A stretch of 32,478 nt of DNA, from contig JAJYJP010000002.1 of the NCBI GenBank assembly GCA_021789395.1, forward strand, positions 1 to 32,478, read 5' to 3'. Position numbers and translations under genes: made by a program. Shown here one piece after another: positions 16,684 to 25,829 of the stretch; position 1 is the stretch's first letter; each line of letters starts with the position of its first letter. The DNA comes from a bacterium. Its GTDB lineage: Bacteria > Patescibacteriota > Minisyncoccia > Moranbacterales > UBA2206. The notes under the pieces were generated by a model that saw only the letters and a list, made by a program, of their open reading frames with translations, searched no databases and was not told the DNA's origin.

Positions 16684-17922
16684 ATGCCTAAAAAAATTTA
16701 TTTGGATTATGCCGCAACCACGCCGGTCGCCAAAGAAGTTTTAAACGAGATGCTCCCATTCTTCAGCGAAGAGTATGGAAACGCGATGTCTGTCCATTCG
16801 TTCGGACTAACAGCGCTTCAGGCCATCGACAATGCCAGGGAACAAACGGCCCGGTTTTTTGGCGCATCTCCTTCGGAGATAATTTTTACCAGCGGAGCGA
16901 CCGAATCAAACAATCTCGCCATCAAAGGAGTTCTTAAATCTTATTATTCCAAGACGGGAAACAAGAATAAAAGACCACACATCATCACCACGGCTTTCGA
17001 GCATCATTGCGTACTCAATGCCTGCGAGACAGTTGAAGAAGAAGGATTGGCCGAAGTCACTTTTATCAAACCGAAGAAAGACGGCGTTGTCAATATGCAA
17101 GATATACAAAAGGCCATCAAAGACAACACTATCTTGATTTCTGTAATGTATGTAAACAATGAGATCGGAACCGTCCAGCCAATCAAAAAAATCGGAGCCT
17201 TATTAAAAAAAGAAAACAAAATGCGCGCGGAAAAATCTTTATGGCCTATAATTTTTCACACTGACGCAACCCAGGCCGTTAATTATTTCGATTGCGATGT
17301 GAACAAATTGGGAGTAGATCTTTTGTCGATGTCGGCTCACAAAATTTATGGTCCGAAAGGTATCGGCTCCCTTTACATCAGAAAAGGGACTGCCATCAAA
17401 CACATCCAGGACGGCGGCGATCAGGAATATAAGATGCGCGCCGGCACCCATAATGTTCCGGGAATCGTCGGCCTGGGCAAAGCCGTTTCCATGATCAAAA
17501 CCGAAAGGATCCAACAAAAAAATGCCGAACTGATAGAATTGAGGAACCATTTGATCGGAAGGATTTTAAAAGAAATCCCCAAATCAAGACTCAATGGTTC
17601 AGCAATAAAAAGATCGCCTAACAACGCCAATTTCAGCTTCAAAGATGTGGAGGGCGAGGGATTGTTATTGTCATTAGATATGGAAGGCGTCGCGTGTTCC
17701 ACCGGCTCGGCCTGTTCGTCCGGAGCACTTTCTCCATCCCATGTTCTACTTTCTATCGGTCTGCGACCGGAAGACGCCCATGGTTCGCTCCGGATAACGC
17801 TCGGAAAGCACACAACCAAAAAAGATATCGATTCGGCTGTTGAAAAAATAAAAACGGTCGTGGAAAGATTGCGGAAGATTTCCGGAAAAGTTTTGGAAGA
17901 ATTCTATAATAATAAAAAATAA
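16684..17922 (+). CDS. iscS: cysteine desulfurase (class I, IscS/NifS type)
   Basis: 412-aa ORF. IYLDYAATTP, TSGATESNN, the PLP lysine in SAHKIYGPKGIG, and the active-site loop STGSACSSGALSPSHVL. Confidence 0.93.
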   Translation: MPKKIYLDYAATTPVAKEVLNEMLPFFSEEYGNAMSVHSFGLTALQAIDNAREQTARFFGASPSEIIFTSGATESNNLAIKGVLKSYYSKTGNKNKRPHIITTAFEHHCVLNACETVEEEGLAEVTFIKPKKDGVVNMQDIQKAIKDNTILISVMYVNNEIGTVQPIKKIGALLKKENKMRAEKSLWPIIFHTDATQAVNYFDCDVNKLGVDLLSMSAHKIYGPKGIGSLYIRKGTAIKHIQDGGDQEYKMRAGTHNVPGIVGLGKAVSMIKTERIQQKNAELIELRNHLIGRILKEIPKSRLNGSAIKRSPNNANFSFKDVEGEGLLLSLDMEGVACSTGSACSSGALSPSHVLLSIGLRPEDAHGSLRITLGKHTTKKDIDSAVEKIKTVVERLRKISGKVLEEFYNNKK

Positions 17923-17934
17923 TTTTTAAAATTT

Positions 17935-18327
17935 ATGGCACTGCAATATTCAAAAAAAGTTTTGGAACATTTCACCAAACCGCACAATCAGGGGACTATC
18001 AAAAATCCTTCAGGAGTCGGCATGGTCGGCAACCCGGTCTGTGGCGACCTGATGAAAATTTATATCAAAGTTAAAAAGGACAAAAACAGGAAAGAAGTGA
18101 TTGACGATATAAAATTTGAGACGCTCGGTTGTGCCTCAGCTATTGCCACATCGTCAATGATAACCGATCTGGCCAGAGGAAAGACGCTTGATGAAGCGAT
18201 GAAAATCACTCGGGACGATGTCGCCGATGCATTGGAAGGTCTGCCGCCGATAAAGATGCATTGCTCAAACCTGGCCGATGAAGCTTTGCACGAAGCCATA
18301 AAAAATTATCGCTCACAATCAAAATAA
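17935..18327 (+). CDS. iscU: Fe-S cluster scaffold protein IscU/NifU N-terminal type
   Basis: 130-aa ORF. GNPVCGDLMKIYI, LGCASAIATSS, LPPIKMHCSNLA (three Cys ligands plus an LPPVK-like motif). Confidence 0.93.
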   Translation: MALQYSKKVLEHFTKPHNQGTIKNPSGVGMVGNPVCGDLMKIYIKVKKDKNRKEVIDDIKFETLGCASAIATSSMITDLARGKTLDEAMKITRDDVADALEGLPPIKMHCSNLADEALHEAIKNYRSQSK

Positions 18328-18328
18328 G

Positions 18329-18895
18329 ATGCCGTATCGTAACACGCCAAAATTAATTTTTCCCATTAACGATATACGTATATCTTCCGAATTCGGCGAT
18401 CATAATTTTTATGACGGAGAAGATTGGGGGATCCATCTGGGCGTCGACATCGACGCCAGGGCCGATGTCAAAATTTTCTCAATCGGCAAAGGCACGGTCG
18501 TTTACTCAAAACTGCATCCCGGAGAAATTTCTAAGATTGGAATATTCCGCAACTGGGGCGGCATCGTAATCATCGCTCACCGCGATCCAATCCAGAAAAA
18601 AAATTTTTATTCACTATACGGACATCTTGGAAAAAGATTTGTCAAAAGAGGAGATAGGGTGGAAATGGGAGAGCTGATCGGAGAAGTGGGAAAATCAATG
18701 ACTGAATCCAACGGCCTTTGGGAAAATGAACATTTACACTTTGCAATTTACGAAGGACCGTACCATTCAAAAGTCCTGCCGGGGTATTACAACGCTGAAA
18801 AAGAAAATACCGAATTAGAATATTGGAAAGATCCGTTTATTTTCATTAAAAATTACAACTCTCAAATTTCGCAGAGAAGAGAAGGTTTGAAATAG
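18329..18895 (+). CDS. M23 family metallopeptidase, catalytic domain only, no signal peptide
   Basis: 188-aa ORF. HLGVD (HxxxD) and EHLHFAIY (HxH) motifs. The start codon is 1 nt after the iscU stop. Confidence 0.85.
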   Translation: MPYRNTPKLIFPINDIRISSEFGDHNFYDGEDWGIHLGVDIDARADVKIFSIGKGTVVYSKLHPGEISKIGIFRNWGGIVIIAHRDPIQKKNFYSLYGHLGKRFVKRGDRVEMGELIGEVGKSMTESNGLWENEHLHFAIYEGPYHSKVLPGYYNAEKENTELEYWKDPFIFIKNYNSQISQRREGLK

Positions 18896-18899
18896 TTAC

Positions 18900-18941
18900 A
18901 ATGTCGCACAAGGTATCTTTTGCGACATTACTATCTTTTTT
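18900..18941 (+). terminator. intrinsic terminator after the M23 gene
   Basis: AATGTCGCA (18900-18908) pairs with TGCGACATT (18921-18929); T6 run at 18935-18940. Confidence 0.55.
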
Positions 18942-19020
18942 GTTTCCACTAGATTACATTGCTATTCAACAGCTGCCGATCAAACGAATATCGCTTCCGC
19001 ATAAACTCCATAAACAAAAA

Positions 19021-19060
19021 AATAAAAGATGCTTTTACGCATCTTTTATTTTTTTTATTT
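19021..19060. terminator. strong bidirectional hairpin terminator
   Basis: 12-bp stem AATAAAAGATGC (19021-19032) / GCATCTTTTATT (19039-19050), loop TTTTAC. A-run before and T-run after. Confidence 0.7.
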
Positions 19061-19091
19061 CATAGAAATATTTATCCTATATTCTATATCC

Positions 19092-19115
19092 TTTATATTT
19101 ATATTTATATTTATA
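19092..19115. repeat. hexanucleotide tandem repeat (TTTATA)x4, perfect
   Basis: Copies at 19092-19097, 19098-19103, 19104-19109 and 19110-19115. The array ends 3 nt from the stop codon (comp. 19119-19121) of the coiled-coil peptidase gene. Degenerate copies lie upstream at 19076-19091. Confidence 0.9.
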
Positions 19116-19118
19116 TTT

Positions 19119-20447
19119 TTATTTGTAAATTATCATCTGATCAATACTCGTTCCGCCGCTTGGAGTTAATTGTCCCACCAATGCCCGCGATGTGCTCAGA
19201 TAAAGATTTGGTCCAAAATATGGATCATGAACGATATAATCATTTTTATCTTTTCCGGTAATTACGACATAGTGCCCCCCGCTGCTATTGGTTTTCCTTA
19301 TATAAACGATCACAAGCTCATTATGACTCAACGCGTTATCAACAGCATTCCAGTCAACTCCCGAGTGTCCGCTGTTTGAAACCAAACTGATATCCGGACT
19401 CCACGAGCTCGGCCATTCAATAAGAGCGCCAGAAAAAATCGGTTCGTTAGCCATTTTTCCTGGATCAATCTTGGCGCCATATTTTTTAAACACCATCGAG
19501 ACAGCCGTAACCGCACAACCGTAATCTTTCATCAAATATTTGGAATTACCAATTGGATCATTCGCCCAATCATTAGGCCATTGCGGATTATCCCATTGTG
19601 AAAAATACCAGCTGGTCGAAGCCAAATGATCTTTCGGCGCGGGATATTTACTGACACTCGCCAGAACAGCGCCTATGTTGCTAGCTCCGCCGACGTTGAA
19701 CAGTTCCGCCTTTTGCGCTTCCACATTGGAAAGTAGTTGTGAATATCTTTGCTGGTCATTCTGAACCTGGGTCAACATCGTCTGGTTTTGAATTTGATTA
19801 TTCTGAAGATAGATTCCTTTAGATTCCAGATTTTTCTGAATAGTCTCGCTCTCGTCTTGCTTCTGGCTCAGCTGCTGCTGATTATTCTCAAGGTCGGACT
19901 TGTCGGAATTGAGAGAAGCCAACACTTCATTGATTCTCGTGCCTAATTGTTGAGAATAATCCGTCTGATTCAATATATCGGAAAAATTTTTATCCGTAAG
20001 AACAACATTCATGACTCCCTGCTGGTTATATTCATAATAAGCTTGCATCAATCCGCCCAGAAGTAATTTGTAATTGCCTATCTCTTGTTCTTTGGTTTGA
20101 ATTTGATTTTCCAAATCCGAAATCTGCTGATTCAATTGATTCAATTGGTTCTCGATCTGTTGCAAGTCCAAATTATTCTGAGTCTGTTGATCATTGACAA
20201 CCTGGATCTGATTTTCAATGCTTGTCTGCTGCTGAGACTTCAGATCAAGCACTGCCTGATAATCTTCAATTTGTTGATCATACTCTTCGCACTGTTCTTT
20301 TTTGATCCCTTGCAACTGATTACAATCATCTAGAGATGATGCCCGTATTTTGGCAAAATTAAAAAGTGACAACGCAAAAATTGCCACCACCAAAAGGATC
20401 TTTTTTAGCTTGCTTTTTATTTTAATTTCTATCTTGTGTTCGTGCAT
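19119..20447 (-). CDS. secreted/anchored Q/N-rich coiled-coil protein with C-terminal C39-like (papain-fold) cysteine peptidase domain; PcsB-like architecture
   Basis: The track start is a TTG (20453); I prefer ATG at comp. 20445-20447. N-terminal hydrophobic segment ILLVVAIFALSLFNF. About 230 aa of heptad-like Q/N/E-rich sequence. The C-terminal domain has YFSQWDN...DYGCAVTAVSMVFKKYG...GGHYVVITG...VHDPY (Cys/His/Asp). Confidence 0.75.
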   Translation of the reverse strand: MHEHKIEIKIKSKLKKILLVVAIFALSLFNFAKIRASSLDDCNQLQGIKKEQCEEYDQQIEDYQAVLDLKSQQQTSIENQIQVVNDQQTQNNLDLQQIENQLNQLNQQISDLENQIQTKEQEIGNYKLLLGGLMQAYYEYNQQGVMNVVLTDKNFSDILNQTDYSQQLGTRINEVLASLNSDKSDLENNQQQLSQKQDESETIQKNLESKGIYLQNNQIQNQTMLTQVQNDQQRYSQLLSNVEAQKAELFNVGGASNIGAVLASVSKYPAPKDHLASTSWYFSQWDNPQWPNDWANDPIGNSKYLMKDYGCAVTAVSMVFKKYGAKIDPGKMANEPIFSGALIEWPSSWSPDISLVSNSGHSGVDWNAVDNALSHNELVIVYIRKTNSSGGHYVVITGKDKNDYIVHDPYFGPNLYLSTSRALVGQLTPSGGTSIDQMIIYK

Positions 20448-20469
20448 AATCAACTGAAACCCGCCTAAT

Positions 20470-20480
20470 TATAGCACAAA
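20470..20480 (-). promoter_or_regulatory. extended -10 promoter TGTGCTATAAT (minus strand), 22-nt leader
   Basis: attatagcaca at 20470-20480 reads TGTGCTATAAT on the minus strand, upstream of the ATG at 20447. Confidence 0.5.
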
Positions 20481-20503
20481 TACAGATTAATTTAAAATTG
20501 AAG

Positions 20504-21982
20504 TTAGAATTTTTCCAAAGCTTGCTCTATTCTTTTTAAGGATTCTTTCTTTCCCAACACCCATGCCACATCGGATGGCGATGGCGATCTCTGTTCGCCG
20601 GTCAGCGCTACTCGCAGCGGCCACAGCAGTTCGCCACGTTTATCAGCTGCCGCTTCGAGAAGTTTCTGTTCCAATTTTTCTTTTGTCCAATTCGAAATCT
20701 CTCCCAAAATTTTTCTAGATTTTTCCAATGATGATTTCAAGTCGCCATCATTCATATCTTTCCATCTCAATAATTCTTTATCGTAACTGATGTTCTGAAA
20801 AAAGAACTTGTTACTTTCCCCCACCTCGGATAAATTTTTTAAGCGATCTTGCTCAACTTCTAAAACTTTTTTCAAATATTCTTCCGTTTTTTTATCATCA
20901 GACGCGGCATTGAAAAAATCTTTCTGCTTCCAAAATTCCAAAGATTTTTTATAAAGTTCATCAATAGATAATTTTTTGATATATTGCGCATTGATCCAAT
21001 CTAATTTTTTGAGGTCAAAAACCGCTCCGGCCTTATGGACATGCGCCAGATCGAATTTTTCAATCAATTCTTCCATTGAAAAAATTTCCTGCGTACTCCC
21101 CTCGCCCGGATTCCATCCCAGAAGCGCCACGAAATTGGCGACGGATTCTTTCAGATAACCTTTCTTTATATAGTCCTCGACTGCCACGTCGCCTTGGCGC
21201 TTGGAAAGCTTGGATTTGTCAGGATTCAATAATAAGGGCAGATGGGCGAATGCCGGCACATTCCAGCCGAAATTCTGGTAAAGCTGGATAAATTTTGGAG
21301 TACTGGAAATATATTCTTCACCGCGGATCACGTGACTGATCTCCATCAAATGATCATCAATGACGTTAGCAAAGTTATAAGTCGGATAGCCGTCCGATTT
21401 GAGAAGTACTTGATCGTCCAAAACTTCATTTTCAATTCTGATTTTACCGCGGATAAGGTCGGTGTATTCCGTCGCTCCTTCTGCCTGTATTTTTTGCCGG
21501 ATGACGTATGGCGTGCCGCTTTTCATTTTCTCCATCACCTCTTCTTCAGACAATTTCAGACAAGCCTGATCGTATTTCGGCGCTTGTTTTCTGGCAATTT
21601 GCTCCGCCCGCATTTCTTCTAGCCGTTCTGGCGTACAGAAGCAATGATAAGCATGGCCATTTTCAACCAGTTCGTGCGCATATTTTTTGTAAATATCCAA
21701 CCGCTCAGATTGGATGTATGGACCAAATTCTCCTTTCTGAATTACGTTATTATTTTCCAAATAAACCCCCTCACTATAACCAAAACCGGCCCAATCTAAA
21801 ACTTGGATCAATTTTTCCAACGCGTCTTTCACGTATCTTTTCTGATCCGTATCTTCGATACGCAAGATGAAATCGCCCTTATTTTTCTTGGCAAATAAAT
21901 ATGTGTACAAAGCCGTTCGAAAATTTCCGACGTGCATGTATCCGGTCGGCGACGGTGCGAATCTGACTCGAATTTTCTTCAT
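20504..21982 (-). CDS. gltX: glutamate--tRNA ligase
   Basis: 492-aa ORF. RVRFAPSPTGYMHVGNFRTALY (HIGH region) and KLSKRQG (KMSKS). Confidence 0.96.
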   Translation of the reverse strand: MKKIRVRFAPSPTGYMHVGNFRTALYTYLFAKKNKGDFILRIEDTDQKRYVKDALEKLIQVLDWAGFGYSEGVYLENNNVIQKGEFGPYIQSERLDIYKKYAHELVENGHAYHCFCTPERLEEMRAEQIARKQAPKYDQACLKLSEEEVMEKMKSGTPYVIRQKIQAEGATEYTDLIRGKIRIENEVLDDQVLLKSDGYPTYNFANVIDDHLMEISHVIRGEEYISSTPKFIQLYQNFGWNVPAFAHLPLLLNPDKSKLSKRQGDVAVEDYIKKGYLKESVANFVALLGWNPGEGSTQEIFSMEELIEKFDLAHVHKAGAVFDLKKLDWINAQYIKKLSIDELYKKSLEFWKQKDFFNAASDDKKTEEYLKKVLEVEQDRLKNLSEVGESNKFFFQNISYDKELLRWKDMNDGDLKSSLEKSRKILGEISNWTKEKLEQKLLEAAADKRGELLWPLRVALTGEQRSPSPSDVAWVLGKKESLKRIEQALEKF

Positions 21983-21986
21983 ATTC

Positions 21987-22709
21987 TTATATACTTTTAC
22001 TTGTAAAAATTATTTTTATGGGAAAAATTATGACTGCATTAAAAATTCTCTTGATCCTTTTCGGCTGTTGGATCAATCGCCACAACCATTCCAGGGCGAT
22101 TACTCGCATGAATTTCGGCGCGCGTCTGATTTTTCCAGTCAAAAAATCAAAGCTTCCCCCTACTCCCATGGCCAATCTCATATTATCATTTTTTATTGAA
22201 TCTATAAACTTTTCTTGATATGGCGCTCCGAAATTGCAAAAAACAATCACATACCCGTCCGGCATTTTATAAACCGGACTATTTTTGTCCAGATCGGCGC
22301 CGCTTATTTTCAAACCCGGATGCTTCTTTAAAATCGCATCGCGCGTTTCTTTCCACAAACTCAAGCCATCCTTGCTTGCCGCCAAAAATATTCCGGCACT
22401 TTTTTCCGAAGCGATTTTTAAAATTTCTTCCATCAAATCCGCTCCGGATGTTCTGGCTTTTAAAATTTTCCCGTATCTTAAAAAGGCAAACCAAATCCCC
22501 GCCCCGTCCGCAACGCACAAATCAGAACCGTTCAAAATTTTTTTGAATTCGGCATCACTTTGCGCTTCCAAAATAAATTCCGGATTTACCGTCGCTATCT
22601 GGTGAAATTTATTTTCATTTAAAAAATATTTTACTTTATCCGAAATTTTTTCCTTGCCCAAGCTATCGATTCGCACCCCCAAAATTTTTGTTTGTATTCC
22701 TGGCTCCAT
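21987..22709 (-). CDS. WecB/TagA/CpsF family glycosyltransferase (GT26)
   Basis: 240-aa ORF. QIATVNPEFILEAQ, CVADGAGIWFA, GVGGSFDFLTGKIRRAPKFM, LEWLWRLIQQPKR. Confidence 0.88.
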   Translation of the reverse strand: MEPGIQTKILGVRIDSLGKEKISDKVKYFLNENKFHQIATVNPEFILEAQSDAEFKKILNGSDLCVADGAGIWFAFLRYGKILKARTSGADLMEEILKIASEKSAGIFLAASKDGLSLWKETRDAILKKHPGLKISGADLDKNSPVYKMPDGYVIVFCNFGAPYQEKFIDSIKNDNMRLAMGVGGSFDFLTGKIRRAPKFMRVIALEWLWRLIQQPKRIKRIFNAVIIFPIKIIFTSKSI

Positions 22710-22742
22710 GTGTAGTTACGTGGAAACTTTAAAAAATTTAAC

Positions 22743-23282
22743 TCATTCCAACGGGCAGCTTTCGATGACGGAATATTCCATTCCACCGCCAGCAAAATCA
22801 CTCGCCATAACATCGACGCTTTCAGCCGTTACGATCAATGGAAATTCTACATTTATTTCCGGTCTATTCTCAAGCGCTTTCCATCTGTACACGCGCAAAC
22901 GTCCCAAGGTGACATGCGGACGAAAAGATTTTTTTCCGGAAGAAAGATCGAGTTCTTTTTCGATATTATTTACCAGATCCCTAAGATTGTCATCCGCTTC
23001 TCCCGAAAGCCATATCATTTTTTGATCCGCCTCGGAAGGCGCGATTACGATCCGGTCAAAATTGATGTCAAAAATTTCGCTTTTTTGAGAAGCTGTCCGC
23101 ACTTTTTCACAGATTTCAGGGATCGACTCATCAGAAACATGTCCCAAAAAGGCCAGAGTAATATGTAAATTTTCCTCGCGCGTCCATTTGACTGGGAGGT
23201 CTTCCCAGGGTTCTATGGCTTTAATAAGCCTTTTTTTGGCACGCTCGGACAAATTTATGCTGATGAAAATTTTTCGTTGCAT
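22743..23282 (-). CDS. thpR: RNA 2',3'-cyclic phosphodiesterase (2H phosphoesterase, LigT/ThpR)
   Basis: 179-aa ORF with two HxT motifs (LHITLAFLG and RPHVTLGR) and N-terminal RKIFISINL. Confidence 0.88.
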   Translation of the reverse strand: MQRKIFISINLSERAKKRLIKAIEPWEDLPVKWTREENLHITLAFLGHVSDESIPEICEKVRTASQKSEIFDINFDRIVIAPSEADQKMIWLSGEADDNLRDLVNNIEKELDLSSGKKSFRPHVTLGRLRVYRWKALENRPEINVEFPLIVTAESVDVMASDFAGGGMEYSVIESCPLE

Positions 23283-23288
23283 GATATC

Positions 23289-23317
23289 ATTTTACGCCGT
23301 TCGCCTGGAAAAATCAA
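23289..23317 (-). promoter_or_regulatory. promoter TTGATT-17-TAAAAT (minus strand), -10 ends 6 nt before the thpR ATG (leaderless-type)
   Basis: Minus strand: TTGATT (comp. 23312-23317), TAAAAT (comp. 23289-23294), gatatc, then ATG (comp. 23280-23282). Confidence 0.5.
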
Positions 23318-23356
23318 CGAGCTTTCTTTTACTTAAGACCACAAACTTGATAAAAT

Positions 23357-25363
23357 ATGGCCATGGAAAAAAGACTGAAAAAATTTATTGTCGATGTTAT
23401 TCCGATAACTTCCTTGCCGCTCAACCGCCAGCAATTTTATTCTTACCTTTGGGATTCGAGAGTTGCGCCCGGTTCACTTGTTTCCGTACCGTTTTTCAAA
23501 AGAAATATTGCCGGTATCGTCATTGATAGCCGCAGCGATTTTCATCGCTTGGGAAATATCGAGCTTAAAAAAATCAATCGGATCATCGAAGAAAAATTTT
23601 TGACTAAAAATCAGCTGAAATTGGCACAGTTTATCTCGGACTATTATTTTTCGCCGATCGGAACAGTTTTAAAATTTTTCATTCCCAAACAGACTAAACA
23701 ACGCAAACGAAAAACGACTGTCATTCCAGAGACAAAAAAAAGACAGCTGGAATTGACCCGTGAGCAAAAAAATGCCGTAAGCGAAATAGTTGCCGAAAAT
23801 AAGAAGCTAAAATTTTATTTGTTCGGCCCGGCCGGTTCAGGCAAGACCGAGGTTTACATCCACTCCATTTTAAAATTACAAGAAAAAAATCCTGATTTTC
23901 AATTCCTCATTCTTCTGCCAGAACTCACACTGACGCCTCAAGCGGTCGAAAGGTATGGGGAATACTTCAAATCCGACGAAACCGCGATCCTGCACAGCAA
24001 AATTTCCAAGGGACAATTTTATTCCGACTGGCAAAAAATAAAATCAGGCAAGACCAAACTTATTATCGGATCGCGAATGGCGATATTTGCACCCTTCAGA
24101 AAACTCGGATTGATCGTCGTTGACGAGGAGCAGGATATTTCCTTCAAACAATGGGACATGAATCCGCGCTACGACGCCCGCACCGTTTCCGAAAAATTAT
24201 CCGAACTCTACGCTTGCCGGCTCGTCTTCGGTTCAGCCACTCCCAGTATCGAAAATTTTTTTCGGACTTCCACGAAAGAAATCCGCTTGTTGACTCTTCC
24301 TCGCCTGGATCTTAAAAATTCCCCCTCTTTTCCGGAAGTCGAAATCATTGACCTGAAAAAAGAGCGTTGGCAAAATAAAAATTTCGGAGCCAATTCCAGC
24401 GTTTCCAAAAAATTACAAGGAGAGATCGCCTATGCCCTACAGCACAAACTCCAGACCATCCTGTTCTTGAACCGCCAAGGTATGAGTAATTTTTCCGTCT
24501 GCAATGGCTGTAAATCAGTCTTGAGATGTCCGCGCTGCGATCGGGCGCTAGTTTATGACCGCGACGGTTATTACCGCTGCATCCATTGCTCTTACCAAAC
24601 TTCCATTACTCCGGAATGCCCTCAATGCAAAGGCATCGCCTTTACCAATATCGGCAACGGCACGCAAAAGCTCGAACGCGAAATTGAAAATCTTTTCCCG
24701 GGAGCCAAAATAATCCGAGCGGACAATCAAACGACCAAAAAAACCAGCACGGAAGAAATATATAAAAATTTTTCCCAAGGAAAAGCCGAAATCCTCATCG
24801 GAACACAGATGATTTCCAAGGGTTGGGATTTGCCAAACGTGGCACTCGTTGGTATTATAGATGCAGATAATCTGCTCTCTATCCCCGATTTTTCAGCCAA
24901 TATAAAAGCTTTTCAGCACATCGTCCAATTATCGGGCCGAGCGGGAAGGCCGGGAGCAAAATATCCCGGAAAAATCATCCTCCAAACATTCAACCCGGAA
25001 AATAAAATTTTTCAGAAAGCGGCCACCCGGGATTTTGGAAGTATTTTCGAACAAGAGCTGGCCGAACGGAAAATGCTGAAGCTTCCGCCGTTCGGAAAAA
25101 TTATAAAACTCGTTTTTCAAGACGCCAATCCAAATAAAGTCCGAGACGAAACCGCAAATGTTTATGATATTTTTCGAGAAAAAAATCCCGACATAGTCGT
25201 CACCGAGCCCCAAGACGCTTTTGTTTCCAAGATACGCGGCCGATATCGGAAACAAATCCTGATAAAAATTCCTTCCTCCGAAATTCCCGGCAACATAAAA
25301 AAAATCATTTCTTCATTGCCCTACGGATGGATCATTGACGTCGACCCGATCTCATTAATTTAA
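23357..25363 (+). CDS. priA: primosomal protein N' (replication restart helicase PriA)
   Basis: 668-aa ORF. Walker A GPAGSGKTEVY, DEEQD box, and the Cys-rich zinc region CNGCKSVLRCPRCDRALVYDRDGYYRCIHCSYQ...CPQCKG. Confidence 0.93.
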   Translation: MAMEKRLKKFIVDVIPITSLPLNRQQFYSYLWDSRVAPGSLVSVPFFKRNIAGIVIDSRSDFHRLGNIELKKINRIIEEKFLTKNQLKLAQFISDYYFSPIGTVLKFFIPKQTKQRKRKTTVIPETKKRQLELTREQKNAVSEIVAENKKLKFYLFGPAGSGKTEVYIHSILKLQEKNPDFQFLILLPELTLTPQAVERYGEYFKSDETAILHSKISKGQFYSDWQKIKSGKTKLIIGSRMAIFAPFRKLGLIVVDEEQDISFKQWDMNPRYDARTVSEKLSELYACRLVFGSATPSIENFFRTSTKEIRLLTLPRLDLKNSPSFPEVEIIDLKKERWQNKNFGANSSVSKKLQGEIAYALQHKLQTILFLNRQGMSNFSVCNGCKSVLRCPRCDRALVYDRDGYYRCIHCSYQTSITPECPQCKGIAFTNIGNGTQKLEREIENLFPGAKIIRADNQTTKKTSTEEIYKNFSQGKAEILIGTQMISKGWDLPNVALVGIIDADNLLSIPDFSANIKAFQHIVQLSGRAGRPGAKYPGKIILQTFNPENKIFQKAATRDFGSIFEQELAERKMLKLPPFGKIIKLVFQDANPNKVRDETANVYDIFREKNPDIVVTEPQDAFVSKIRGRYRKQILIKIPSSEIPGNIKKIISSLPYGWIIDVDPISLI

Positions 25364-25367
25364 ACCT

Positions 25368-25829
25368 ATGACTATCTTGCCTATTACAACTTATCCCGAC
25401 CCATTGCTCCTAAAAAAAGCAAGGGCGATCGAAAATCCCAAAGATCCAGCCATCCAGGAGTTGATCCTGGATATGTTTGAAACGATGGAAAAAAATAACG
25501 GGATCGGCTTGGCCGCGCCTCAAGTGGGAAAATCCTTACGCCTCTGCGTGATCAAACTGGAAGGCAAATCCTATGTCCTTATTAATCCCGTCTTTAAGTC
25601 CAAATCCTGGAAAAAAACCGTCGCTGAAGAGGGTTGCCTTTCACTGCCCGGACAATTTATGCAAGTTAAGCGGTCGCAAAAAGTCAAAGTTAAGGCTTTG
25701 GACAGAAAAGGAAAAGAAGTCGTCATCCAAGCGCAGGACATGTTGGCCAGAGCCTTCCAACACGAAATTGACCATTTGAACGGAACATTAATTATTGAAA
25801 AAAGAGTCAAAGAAAAAATAAAAAAATGA
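25368..25829 (+). CDS. def: peptide deformylase
   Basis: GIGLAAPQVG, EGCLSLPG and HEIDHLNG motifs; 153 aa. Confidence 0.96.
   Translation: MTILPITTYPDPLLLKKARAIENPKDPAIQELILDMFETMEKNNGIGLAAPQVGKSLRLCVIKLEGKSYVLINPVFKSKSWKKTVAEEGCLSLPGQFMQVKRSQKVKVKALDRKGKEVVIQAQDMLARAFQHEIDHLNGTLIIEKRVKEKIKK

Noticed and set aside
18959-19261. 100-aa plus-strand ORF with an (IY)n low-complexity stretch
   Set aside because: It spans a strong terminator hairpin and the hexamer microsatellite, then runs antisense into the peptidase gene. It is an artefact of AT-rich repeat sequence.
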